The notes under the pieces are model-generated. The model had not been told where the DNA came from. It did not search any database and worked only from the letters and a program-made list of their open reading frames with translations. The position numbers and the translations under genes are program-made. Below are positions 11,901 to 24,299 of a stretch of 64,000 bases of DNA, one piece after another. Origin of the DNA: Tricharina praecox (Eukaryota); the NCBI RefSeq assembly GCF_024521635.1, contig NW_026250414.1, positions 310,001 through 374,000 of the forward strand, given 5' to 3'. Each line of letters starts with the position of its first letter. The first letter of the stretch is position 1.

Positions 11901-13559
11901 TATATAGAATTCCAGAATAGAGAGCGATCAACTAAAGGCTAGTCGATCAAAGATACTAGTATCTCAGCAAGTTTTTTTTGGCAAATCCCACAACTCTAGC
12001 TCTTTGAATATATTTAGTAGTGTACAAGCGCAAGAACACAACTGCTTTGATGCCCACCACTGCGGTATGACTTTCTCCCTCATAGGATACGATTCACTAT
12101 GGATCACTATAGATCACTCGGCTTCCGTGTTTGATCCGATGTCATTCTTTTTACCTACGCTTGTAGTTTCAGTGACGGGTACGGCTGAAGGGTGCATATG
12201 CACGTCTGCTGCTGCTGACTTGGTGACGTGAGTTCCATATTCCTACAGCATGGCGTCGAAGGCTTTGAAGTTCGGAGTTGGAGCGGGTTTACAATCCCGA
12301 GGCGATGGTGAGGAGTTCCTAGGGGTACATACGTGTTGCGAGGAGCGTAAAGCGAACGCCTCCCGGACCGACCCTTAGCCATAGCAAGTTTTCGGGTTGC
12401 CGTCAGCGTTCGCGGAGCTCGTGGCGTGTGCGTGGCCGTGGCCGATGCGGCGTGGAGAGGAGGGCCGTAGATATTCACCTTCCTAGCATCCGATGAGCGA
12501 CATACGGCTACTCTGCCCAACCGTCCGCCGTGTGCATTCTTCGGCTTCGCCGCGGCAGTTGACCTCACCCACCCACCCACCCACCCACCGCGCCGCAACG
12601 TTTCGCGCGCGTCAAACGTAAGCGCAAATAGAGTGCGCGCATTGCGTGGTACTACAAAGTGCACACCACAGCGGACCGCATCCCGCGAACCGTACACTGC
12701 ACTACACACCTTCACACACACATATCTAGGAACACAAATACGTACGTAGGGCATGACGACGCCCAGAGTGGAACTTGCATGGCGAACATCGTTACTCCGA
12801 GTCGAGTACCTACGGTACTCTATGTATTAGTTAGGCGTGGTTGGTGTGCCGGCATGTAGAGTTGGCACGGTATGGTACTAGCTAGTCCAACAAAGACAGC
12901 TCCGGCGCCGGGAACCCGCCAACAGGTGACCCACTCCCAGCACAAACATCTTTCGTTCTCCACCATCGCCTAGTTGTTGCCATTGCTGGTGCCATGATGT
13001 ACTGTGTTCTCCCATCTACTCTACAGAATTCTCCCGTGGACGACAAAAAATAGGAGCACCATTTGCACGTACGCCCAACTGCACTGACACGTTGCGCCCA
13101 GCCGAAACCACGCCCAGCTGCACCAGCCACACCAGCCATGTCTCAGCCACTAAATGTACCTATCTTTGTTAGAGAGGCGAGTACATACGTTGGGCGTTGG
13201 GTGACATCTGCACGCGTGCGTACGCAATCCTCCCCCCCCCGTGTCTCCACTCCCCCCGACCCCCCGCAAGTGCTGTGCTGTGCGATCTCCAGGGTGGGGA
13301 AAAGGAAAAAAAAACCTTTCTCGAAGCAAAGACTCGGACGAAAAACATGTCGGCAATAGAAATCCGAGCCTGGACGAAGAGAGGGAAAGCTCTACGAAAA
13401 GGGGGGGCGGGGTGGGGGACGGTGGAGACGGGTGAGGCGTGGCGGGAATGGTCGTGTAGGCAGCTCATGAAGCCGAATCCATGGCCCACGGGGTCCGGTT
13501 GGCAAGTTGGCAACAGCCCGGATGCTGGACCATCAGGGAGCCCCAAGCCGGACAAGCAC

Positions 13560-14300
13560 CCAGAAGCCTATACATAGAAGCCCAGGAATCCCAAGCCGGA
13601 CGACCACCCGAAGCCTCGAAAGCCCAGGAGCCCAGAAGCCAAGAAGCCGAAAGTCTTGCATAGTCTCCAAGACGGAGCAAATCCCGACGGCGGCGGGGAG
13701 TGACGGGTGGACGGGTGGTTGGTCAATAATCCATTCAAAAAGCCCGACTTCGTTCTAGAAGCCAAGGGCTGCGAAGCAATTGAACAATTGCAAAAGACCG
13801 AGCCGAGAGGCCAGGGGAAGGAAGTCCAAGAAGCCTGACTTCGAGAATCCAAGGGCTGTGCTGCGATTGAACCAAGCCCCCCAAGCCTCCCAGGACTCAG
13901 GAGGCCGATGGAGATGTCACCGAAAATCTCCGTCTCCAAGACGGAGGAAGCTCCGACGGATGCTGTGCATAGATACTACTCTAGTACCTACTCGCCAAGC
14001 TGTGCGGCGGCGGGATGTGATTGTTGGCTGGTCAATAGTTAGGTCAACAATCTAAGAAGCTCGACTTCGAGAAGCCAAGGGCTGCGGTGCAATTGAACGA
14101 GTGTATTGTACAATACAAAGACCGAGCCGAGAGGCCAGGGGAAGGGAGTCCAAGAAGCCCGAGTTCGAGAAGCCAAGGGCTGCGCTGCAAAAGACCGAGC
14201 CTCGCCTTGCCTCGCCTCGCTCGCGAGGCTAGGCCAGGGGAAGGAAGTCCAAAAACCCCAAGCCCACAAGAAGATATCCAAGATGTCCAAGATGTCCAAG
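13560..14300. repeat. Degenerate tandem/segmental repeat
   Basis: GAAGCCAAGGGCTGCG, AAAGACCGAGCCGAGAGGCCAGGGGAAGG and GTCTCCAAGACGGAG recur; the block at ~13660-13870 is duplicated at ~13930-14200. Confidence 0.75.
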
Positions 14301-15060
14301 AGGTGGAGCCCTCTGTAGAGTACCACCATGGAGGAACTGAAGCCCGGCGCCCAGTTCTGTAAAATAGTCTACCCCCAGAGTCTCCACCTCTGAAATAGAG
14401 GTGGCCATAGCGGAGGCTGTACATATCTGGGCGCTAGGAGTCGGCGCCGTGATGAATCGTGAACCGGTGCTGGGCGATATCGGAGGGGAAGGCCACTAGG
14501 CAAGGCTCTGAGCTCTGAGCTCAACGAGGCTCAGGTATGTCACCACTCAGCCATCACCGCCATCACCGCCATCACCGCTCTCCCGCCACCGTATCGCCGC
14601 CTCCATCCACTGTAAAGTTTTAATCGATTTCAATTCACTCTCTCTCCCCGCCCTCCCCGCCCCTCCATCTCTACCGACCTCATTAACCCTTCCCCCTTCC
14701 CTATCTTCCATCTTCCAACACCATCTCCCTCCCGAAAACATATAGAATGTAGATGTAGATGTAGAGATTCAGAGTGTATAGTATAGTATATGTACCATTC
14801 GAAAAGAAAAGCAAGCAAAAGTATGTGGAGTTGCGGTATGATAGAGTGGCCCCCCGCCCTCCAAAAACTTTAGAAACAATCAATATATCCTCCCCCCGCC
14901 CCACCCCCGCCCCAGCCGATCGCCGACCCGCCATTCCAACCAAATAAATAAACAAAAAGACCAGAACCAATATACAGTGTGTCCTCCCTCTCCCCATCTC
15001 CCCTACTCACCTCACCGCCTCACTATATCATGCATTGGACGCCTTCGAAATCACCCCAGC

Positions 15061-15063
<3 letters not shown>

Positions 15064-15140
<77 letters not shown>

Positions 15141-15146
15141 GAGAGT
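15064..15146 (+). repeat. (GA)n microsatellite
   Basis: About 35 uninterrupted GA units plus a degenerate tail. Confidence 0.97.
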
Positions 15147-15491
15147 GAGAAAAAAAAGGACCAAAACCACACACGGCAAAAGAAACACGCACATAACAAC
15201 CGTAAGGAAAAACGACAAGAGGCAAAAGAAAAAAGACACAAAAAAAAACACAGAGAACTAACTCGGAAGGTAAACAGGTAAACACGCCCCGTCCGTCCGT
15301 CCCATTTCTATTTCACACACACACGCGTTTGTTTGATTGGAGGTGAACAGAAAGAAACAAGAAAAGCAAAGCAAAGCGCAAAGCAAAGCTCGTTTCTCCG
15401 AGCTATGTAACCAAAACCAAACTAAACCGACAATCGAATGACAATTACGTAGGAATGAAAGTAAACATACAAACAAACTCCCAAGCTTATC

Positions 15492-18051
15492 TTATTTTTC
15501 GTAACCCACCCCCACGTTCCATCCTCCTTCCTGCCTTGTCGGCGACGGCTGCTCGTAAGGTCCATGCGACCGCTGGGATGGCGAAGGGCTGGGGCCTCTG
15601 CTAGGTGCCCGCATTCCTCCGGGTGTGAGTAATGGCACTCCAGTGCTCTGTGGAGCCTGCTGGCCATACGGATTCCGCGAGCCATCCTGACCGTTCGATG
15701 GGAAGAACGGCACAGATGTATCGACCGGAGAACGGGGAACTTCGTAGCTGCTCGGTGCGCGCGAGTTGGCCGTGGATGGTGGCAATGGAACATGGCTCGC
15801 GCTGTGGTACGATTGTCGGGTGTGGTCGAAAGAATCGCGGTCGTCTTCGAGATCGCGGGACTTGTGGTCACCACGAGCCGTAGCTCCAAGCGCATCCAAT
15901 TCGGTGGAGCCGGTCATCTGTGAGCTGGATTTGATGAAGGAGCCCCTGTCGTCTCGCATTGGCTGGTATCGGATATCAGGGTTCTTGGAGATGAGGGCGT
16001 AGACGGAGGATACGAGGACGAGGATGAGAAGGACGAGAGCGAAAGCGGCATTCATGACAAAAAAAATCACTCCCATAACACCGGTGACTATTTCCTGCGG
16101 GAACGTTAGTAGGCGCTTCACCACCACCGACCGGCGAAGGGGGTCATCGACTTACTGCAGCATTAAAGATTCCGGTAAACACCAGCAAAAAGATGACATT
16201 CAAAAAGTTGATCACACAAATCGAAATGTTGAAAATATTGGTCCTCTTGTCCATCCATGGGCGCATCATGCAGACGGCGATCAGATAGGCGAGTTCGATG
16301 AAGAGCAGTGCAAAGGCTTGCACGGTGCCGGCTGTCTGGCCGAAGGCAATGAACATCGCCTTAACCAGATAGTAGAACAGAAGCGGTACGATGAAGTAGT
16401 AGGCCGAGGCTCGGAACTGAACATAAAGGAAGCCCCATCGGTTCAATGCAGCGGGGTCCGAGTACAAGATGTATGCCGGATTTTTGTGCAAGGAAACCGA
16501 GCGCCGAGCGATGCGAATAACCTTCCAGGAAGCCCAACCCAAGATCCCCATCATCGAAAGGAAGAAGAAGACGGCCAGAACCATTGCTCCAGCAGAGTCG
16601 CTCTGGGTAAGTTCCCAGAGACAGAGAATCGCCATCTGGGGGAAACCAATAAGAACCTAGGTCGATGGAGTCAGCAACGTCGCCCCTCGGCAAGCGGAGT
16701 ATACAAGTTTACAACATACCAGTCGGTACATGATTCCCTTCAAAACCGTCAACCACCCGTTCCTGAAATCCTGGAACTTGGTGCCTCGGATCCACTTCAT
16801 CTTGATCGCCAATTCACAGAAGCCTTTGAACGCGCACACACCCAACGCGGTAGCAGCCAGGAAAACACCGAAGAACACCAGCCCCGTAATAAAAAAGTTT
16901 GTGATTTCAATCTTAGCCTTGAACGAGACCCTCTCAATTCCAGAGACAACGACAACGCTCGCCTGAGCAGTAGCCGTATTGTCGTTGTTAGATCTCGAAT
17001 AGAGCTCTGCTGATCGGCGGACTATCGAATTCACGGTACTCCGTTTGTCGAGGCGGGTTTCGGCGAATCCGTACATCGCGGCTCGACTCATCATGTACGG
17101 CATGTCGCTTCCAACATCTACGGATCTCTTCGCGATCTGCACCGAGACTTCGGTCAAACGGTTGAGCAAGTTCGCCGGAGTTCCTCCGGTGGCTTGGATG
17201 TACCAGTGGAAGATATCCTGCGTGAAGCCGATCTCCAGGATTCCCATCGCCCAGTCGAAGTTTTGGGTCCACGCAGAGACGATCGGCGGAAGCTTGACGG
17301 CAGTCATACCAATCATGGCCTGGGCCTGGAAATATCCAAATAGCGAGCACGCATTCGCAGCGACGTGCGCGGCAGTGTTGGAGTGACCGAGACCCGAGGT
17401 GACGGCTGATGCGACGAGTCCTAAGCCCGCGATGACGGCGGTAACCCATCCGACTCCGTGTTGATCGACGGTTTTGCCGTTACTAAGAGGCGCCTCCACG
17501 CAGGCCACCTTACGCCCCAAATCGACGCTGGTGACTTCGATCCTGGCAATACCGTCGAGATCTGGAACCTGGTAGGTGATGCCTTTACAAATCCAACGCA
17601 ATCAGTCAGGGCTAGCACGCGGATATTCGGAGCTCTCTCTCGCCGACATACCAGGAATTGAGTTCTCAACACCGTCGCCGACCGTGAGGTGCGAATTAAG
17701 GGTGATGACACCGGTCGACATAGGGCACATTCCCTCGAACCCCTCCATGCCGCAAGGATCCAGATCTCTTTCCATCGCCTTGTAGCCATAAGCTATGATG
17801 GACAATTTCGCCGTGACATTTCCAGACAACGAAGAGATTCCATTGACCCTAATCATGAGAGTACCACTATCAGGGGTATACGTGATATTGAACAGAGTCG
17901 CTACGAAGAGTGAATCATCCATACACGGGTTCAAGGAGGTCGACTGGATGATGCGCTCGGCCGCGACATGTTGGGAGCTGAATATTGTGGCCGCGAACAG
18001 GAATGGTATTAAGCGGCGCAAAAAGTATGTTGTTGATAGTGAATGAAGCAT
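15492..18051 (-). CDS. FLC/Pkd2-family TRP-like membrane protein (flavin carrier family)
   Basis: Signal peptide plus ML-like TRP_N domain (LDPC...CP), LSNGKTV, GLGHSNTAAHVAAN and multi-TM region (LNRWGFLYVQFRA, RPWMDKRTN). Four exons spread over ORFs 17602-18051, 16657-17601, 16144-16635 and 15492-16127. Confidence 0.9.
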
Positions 18052-20215
18052 GCTGAACGAGCGACAGAAGGTGAGAAGTGGGGGTCGGGGGGACTATCCC
18101 CAGTAGGCGATTAAACGTAAGTAGCCGTTGTGAGAGTTTTTGAAGGAACCCTTTCTCGTTTCTGGGGTATTGGGGGGTGGGTGGGTTGAGTACGGGGGCG
18201 GTCAGGAGGTTGTTCGTTGGGCGGGCGAGGTGAACGAGAGGTGGGTGGGGCTAGCTGTAGTTGTATGTATTTGGGCGTAGCAACGGGAGGTTGGTTGGGT
18301 TTCGGTCGAAAAGAGCGGCAGGCTGGATCGAGCGTCGAAGGCAACCGAAGGGGAGAAAACGAATGATGACGAAAGTAACAATCAAAGAGCGTGGTAGTCT
18401 ATGTATGTAGATCTGGGAGCGATGATGGTGGAGAGGGAGCAGCGGTTGGGGGGTCAGCTGGATTACTGCTGCAGCAACAAAACCAGGCCTTTCGTCAGTC
18501 AAGTCTTTTTTTTCCCTTTCCTTCAAGGAGTGGATTCGTCGAGAGTTGGCGGGTTGTTTTTTTTGTTTGGGAGGAGACAGGGGCTAGCTGGGCTGCAGGT
18601 CAGGCGAAGAGATGGCTGGATCCAGGTAGGTTACGGTGGTTGGAGTGAATAGGGAGGTCGTGGAGGTGGTGATGTAGAGTATAACAAAGTAGTATGCAAG
18701 CGGAGTTGTAAGCACCTTCAGAGAATTGAATCGGAGGGGGAAGGGTAGAGAGAAGAATCGTAATAATGGAATGATAAAAAGAATGGCAACAATAACAATA
18801 ATGACAGAGCGAAGGCGCGACCCTGCGGCGATGTGGTTGGAGGTGGAGGTGAATAAGTGGAGGGGAGGGGGGGATGGGTTGTGCGAACGGGGAACCAAAA
18901 CCTCTTCAACTCGAGGCGAAGGAAGAAGCTGTTGGGTTTTGGAGTGGAAACCCGTTGTATGTATCGAAGAATAGGGTGATGGGGGGTGGAGAGGGGGGTG
19001 GTATTATCGAGACTGGGGGGAGGGCGATCAGGGGGGATGGAGGGTTGTGGCGGCCGGAATGGGGGATGGGCGCCTGTGCTTCTTCTTGGTATTCGTACTC
19101 TCCAGTCTCCAGTCTCTCGGCCCAACGAGCTGTGTAGGAAGAAGCCGGATAGACGCTGGTGAAGAAGATGGAGCAGATGGTCCTGGGAATCTCCGGGTGA
19201 TCACGGTCTGCCAGAGTACAGACACTCTACATACGAGTAACCATGTGTGTCGATCGATGGACACATCGTGTAGGTATCATACATAGTACTCAGATATCTG
19301 CGTTCCGCTGTCGACGGCGACAACGTAACGCCTCGATTCCGGTGTGTCCCCCGGATTCCTCAGGATGCGCCGCACGGAACGGCTGGTTGAGCTCGAATTC
19401 GAAGCATCCAAGCCCGGTAGTCGAGCTCGTCGTGGCCCTCAAGACTCCAGTGTCGCAAGCTACTATAGTATGTATACTATAGCAGCTGCACAGCCCGCCT
19501 GCATGTGCTTGGGAGCTTGCGACGCACCCACAAGGGGATGATGATGTTGATGATGATGGTTACCGTGCTGCCAATGCAACGCAACGGATGGATCATCGTG
19601 ATACATCATCACGCTTCGTTTCGGCTAATAATTGCACATTCAAAACTACCAAGGAACTTTGAAACCACCCACACCCAGTTGCTCACTTGACCAGAGCCCA
19701 GTGCAGCGAATCAGATGCCTCACCGCGGGATGGAGGCCGAGAATAGGTAAGATTGCCGCCACCGCCAGAGAGAAGCAACCCATGGCCGCCATCTGCGTGC
19801 AGCGCCAGGAGAAGGATATAGAGCAAGTGGTTATCAAGTCGGTGAAGGAGACACTCGAGAGACGGAGATAGGGAGGGAGGGAGGGCAGAAGGGCATGAGG
19901 ACAAGAGGGAAGGAGGAGATGAGGAGATGAGGATGAGGAGGATGGAGGGAGACGGACAGGGAGACAGACAGACAGGCAGGGAGAGAGAAGGAGAGTTGAA
20001 GATGAAATGCGGCCCTTCTTCATCTTACCGGTTGGTGTGTACTATATACAGAATGCATCCACTCCACATAGAGTAGAGAGTAGAGTAGAATACATATGGA
20101 CCTCGAAGCATCGTGCAGAACTCATGTGCGGAAACATCCATTCCCCAGATCTGTCAGATCTAGCCGTGACGGAGATGGAGGCGGCTCCCCCTTGGCGCTT
20201 TTGGCCGCTCAGATG

Positions 20216-20224
20216 TTAGGGTTA
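20216..20224 (+). promoter_or_regulatory. Telo-box-like TTAGGGTTA upstream of the HAS1-like/snoRNA host gene
   Basis: Motif lies ~215 nt before the ATG and resembles Tbf1-type sites. It is short and could be chance. Confidence 0.3.
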
Positions 20225-20437
20225 TAGATAGTGCATATGCTGTGTGAGCTAAGAGGTTGCGAAGAAACTTTGCAGGATTTTTTTCTTTCTTACGCGCTTC
20301 ATCTTTCATCCCACCACTCCCCGCAACATCCACCACCACCACCAAACAGCCACCACCACCAAACAGCCACCACCACAACCCACTATTTCATCACCTGCTT
20401 CCTCCCACACCTCTATCATCACATCATCATCATCATC

Positions 20438-22360
20438 ATGTCACTGGCCTTTGGCTCTAATGCTACATCATCCAAGAAGCGAAGAATACAGGACCCACAG
20501 TCACCCCACTCCAGCAAGCCCCGCACAGTGCAGAAGAAATCCACAGGCTCTCCAGCGGTGGCGAATGAAAATGCGTCGACAACACGAGATGCCTCGTCTC
20601 AGGTGAAAAGTTTCCAGGAATTGATCCTCTCCAGCACACTCCAAAAGGCCGTTTCCGATCTGGAACTCTCGGAATTGTCACCACTGCAGTCTCGGGCCAT
20701 CCCTGCACTGCTTGATGGGAAAGATGTAAGCCGATCCGCTCCCGTCTCACTCACCGGGTTCTGACGCTCCTAGGTTGCTGCTGTAGCACAGGCCGGACGG
20801 GATACTATGCTTTCTTTCTTGGTTCCTGCCGTGGCTTTGCTGGAAAAACACCGTTTTCATACCCGACATGGTACTGGAGTGCTTATCGTGACGCCTGACC
20901 GCGAAACCGCCGTTCAGATATCTGGACTAGCTTCGGAACTGCTTGCTGGCACTTCGCATACCGTCGGGATGGTCATTGAGGGCGCCAACCGCGGTGCCGA
21001 AGAGCAGAAATTGGACAGAGGCGTCAACCTGTTGGTTGCCACGCCAGCGAGATTACTCGAGCACATGCGTGATGTGACTTCATTCGTGTACAAGAACATG
21101 AAGGCGTTCTTCGTGTACGGAGCAGATTCGCTCGTCGAGCAGGGGATGCAGAAGCAAGTGCGAGAAATAATCTCACTCATTCCCAAGAAGGGCCGTACAT
21201 CTGGAGTTTTTGGGACGGAGAGGACGGACGGGGTTGAGGGTCTCGTCGAGCTTATTTGCCGTCCCGAAGCAGTTAAAATCACGTCGACGACAGGCACATC
21301 AACCGATGCGAATGCATCTACTGCCCAGACCCAGGGTTACGTTATTGTTGAGGCTGATAAACGATTCCTGTTGCTTTACTCGTTTCTGAAGAAATTTCAG
21401 AGAAAGAGGATGGTTGTGTTTGTCTCGTCGACGTCTGGTGTGCTGTTCTGTGAGGAAGCGTTTGGTTCCTTCGATTTGCCGGTCCATGCCATCCATGGAA
21501 GGCAGAATGCGAAGTCACGGGCGGCTGCCTTCTCTGGTTTCCTGAACGATGCTGAGGGCACTCTTATATGCACAGAGGAGGCAGTCCAAGGACTTGATGT
21601 ACGTTTTTCTTCACTTCAGCGCTCTCCTGATCGCCGTGTTTCTGACATTACTCCAGGTTCCATCTGCAGATTGGGTCATCCAGTACGATCCGCCGCGATC
21701 CATCAGAGACTTTATTCACCGGCGGGGGACAGTTCAAGGTCGACCGGTTGCCTTCGTTCTACCCAGCGAAAGCGGCTTCATCGATAGTCTTAAAACTGCG
21801 GGCATTGTGGTCGAGGAATTTGACTTCCCCAAGAATAAGCTCATCAATATCCAGAGTCAGCTCGAGAAGTTGGTGTCGAAAAACTTCGAGCTTCACACAT
21901 TAGCAAAGGGAGGATTCAGGTTAGTCACATCCCTCGCTTCCCCCATGCGTACCCACCTAGCACACATTTTTCCTATGATGAGAATCTATGGTCCGTGTTG
22001 TTGATTGCGGCTTAAGACCCCGCGTGTCATGAAATGAAACCCATTGAATTTAATTCACCTCTGAGTCTATCTTTTTTTTGCCATTACATTTTCCCTCGCA
22101 TCGCTTCTTTGGTACAGCGACTAACGTCGCATCGCATGTGCAGGGCATTCCTTCAAGACTACAACCACCACCCCGACAGCAAAATATTCCCCGTCACAGC
22201 CCTCGACGTGCGGAAAGTCGGAAAAAGCTTTGGGTTTGACACACCGCCCCGAGTCGAAGTGAAAGTGGAAGAGAAGGTGGTCGTGGATAAGAACAAGCGG
22301 ATATATGGGCCCGAAAAGCCCAAGGCCGGCAAGAAACGCAAGGCGTCAGTCGTAGCTTAA
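20438..22360 (+). CDS. HAS1/DDX18-like DEAD-box protein with degenerate catalytic motifs (pseudo-helicase), 530 aa
   Basis: Exons 20438-20725, 20774-21598, 21657-21919, 22144-22360 total 1593 nt in frame. Has1-like signatures DKRFLLLYSFLKK, NIQSQLEKL and KSFGFDTPPRV are retained, while motifs I, II, III, V and VI are altered. Confidence 0.88.
21972..22067 (+). ncRNA. U18: Box C/D snoRNA, U18/snR18 family, intronic
   Basis: Box C ATGATGA 21975-21981. Guide TGGTCCGTGTT 21989-21999 is complementary to the conserved LSU rRNA segment AACACGGACCA. D' TTGA 22001-22004, C'-like ATGAAATGA 22029-22037, box D CTGA 22061-22064. Lies inside a 224-nt intron. Confidence 0.85.
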
Positions 22361-24068
22361 GATTTCGTGCACTGGACTGGGCTGTGCAATGCTGTAATGA
22401 AGATATCCCGAATGATTATTTGATAACCGAGATTCCCATCGTGTGTGCGTGCTGGGCATCTGTGTGTGTGAATACGAACAACCATCATATGTACATGGCC
22501 AACGCTCCGCTTTAACTAGACAGATATGCAAGGGAGGATCTGCACAGACATTACCTTGATCTTGGGTATCCTCCGTTCCCCGCGCTCCGTCCGTACCTGC
22601 ATATGTGTGTATTTATGCTCCATCTCACTCCATCCCCATCCAGATCGAACCCCTACGAATCGGGAAGGCACGAGCCTTGTCCACCTTCTCCATCCTATTA
22701 ATCGGCGATGACGAATCGCACCCCCCGACCGACCGGATATCCGCGTACCCGTGGGGTCTTCTTCGTTTCGTTTCGGTGGGTTTGGTGGGTGGGTTTGGTA
22801 GGTTTGGTTGCTCCGCCTCGTCCGTCGCATTGACCTTCGGTTCTGGGATGCCACGCATGAGAGGGTTGCGCGGCCCGGGATCGGCGCGCTGCCGAAGGGG
22901 GGTTAGGTAAGCCTTGCCTTGCCTTATTTTTTGGGGTTTTGGTTTTTCGAAAAGAAAAGAAATGAATAAATGAACAAGGCAGCATTACATTCTGCCTTGC
23001 TACTACGGTATATAATAGATCATCGCAGTTACTAGATGAGCCAGCTAAAACGGGACGGGATTGGACGGGACGGGCAAGCAAGGCGAGTGATACCGTGGTG
23101 ACTGAGCCCAGAGTAATCGGAGGTTTTCGAAGACGGGCAGTTATCGGAAGAACCGACCGGAAAGGAACACGTACGTGAGCTATATATACTTCATGCTACT
23201 CTATAGCGACAACGACCGGCGGAGATCGGCCGCCCTCCGGCTCTATGTACTCCAGGTGGATCGGAGTTACTCTACGGACCGACGTGTCGTGTGGAGGCGT
23301 CAGCTTTCCCGTTGTTCTTCTTGTTCTTGTCAATCTTCTTCCCGACCATTGGCCTCTGAGGGGCGAGACTGATATGCGTGATAGGTACGAGTGCGGTGGC
23401 TCTAGATCTAGATGTAGATCGGGAAACACCGACGACTATACATACCTCTTAGTAAGTAGCTCCCCCGCGCTTCTGAAGCTGGATTTGGCTGCAGGGATTA
23501 AGCGGGAGGGGGGTTATGTTGGGTCAACGCAGCACCTAGGAGCTGCAGCCGTCGAAGGGAGAGGAATTGCTGCCGGTTTGTACGGAATTGAACGGATATA
23601 GCGATGGAAGCGAGACTCGTACGTCCCCCCCGGCCCCCCTGAGTTCTTGGGTCCTTCCCTGGTTCCCATCGTCCCACTTACCGAGCCGATTTTCGGTGCT
23701 GCGCCCGGCTTCAGGGCCTTGTAGTGTAACCAGTTACGGTACCTATCCTGTTGAACAGTGTCCGTAAACATTGAGCTCTAACTAATAGGTAGTGCAGTTG
23801 GTATCGGAGATTCGGCTTACCTGGCTGGTTGGAATATTGCGGACGGAGTTCGGGTTGTCAGTTCTAAGCAGTGCGATTGGGGCCGAACTTTCGGCCCTCT
23901 GCACGGAAGCAAGAGTGCCGTAGATTGCCGCCGTCGAGTACCTACGGTATGTTCTCCCTCAGCGCACCGCATGTACCGTACTTGTGGCATGCAATCCCTG
24001 GTTTGGCAGTTGGTCATTCCGTCCAGTTCCAATCGGCAACCGAACCAGTTCGCCACATAGTTCAATTT

Positions 24069-24299
24069 CAGTGCCTCCGATAGTCTAGTCTAGTTCGTCT
24101 TTCAGCAAAAGGCGGACTGGACTGATAGGTTGAAAGAGTGATAACCGCTAGTCACATAGTTCGACCCAAAAGTTTCAGAAAATGGCAGTCCGTCAGTCGA
24201 CTGCAGTCAACTGCAGTCCGAGGCGGCAAAATTTTGGGACGGACTGAATTCAAACCGTCTACCAATTTTATGGACTGGACTGGACTATCGGGAGCACTG
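24069..24299. mobile_element. MITE-like element with imperfect TIRs
   Basis: Left end CAGTGCCTCCGATAGTCTAGTCTAGT versus reverse complement of right end CAGTGCTCCCGATAGTCCAGTCCAGT. Internal GGACT/CAGTC repeats. No TSD visible. Confidence 0.65.
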
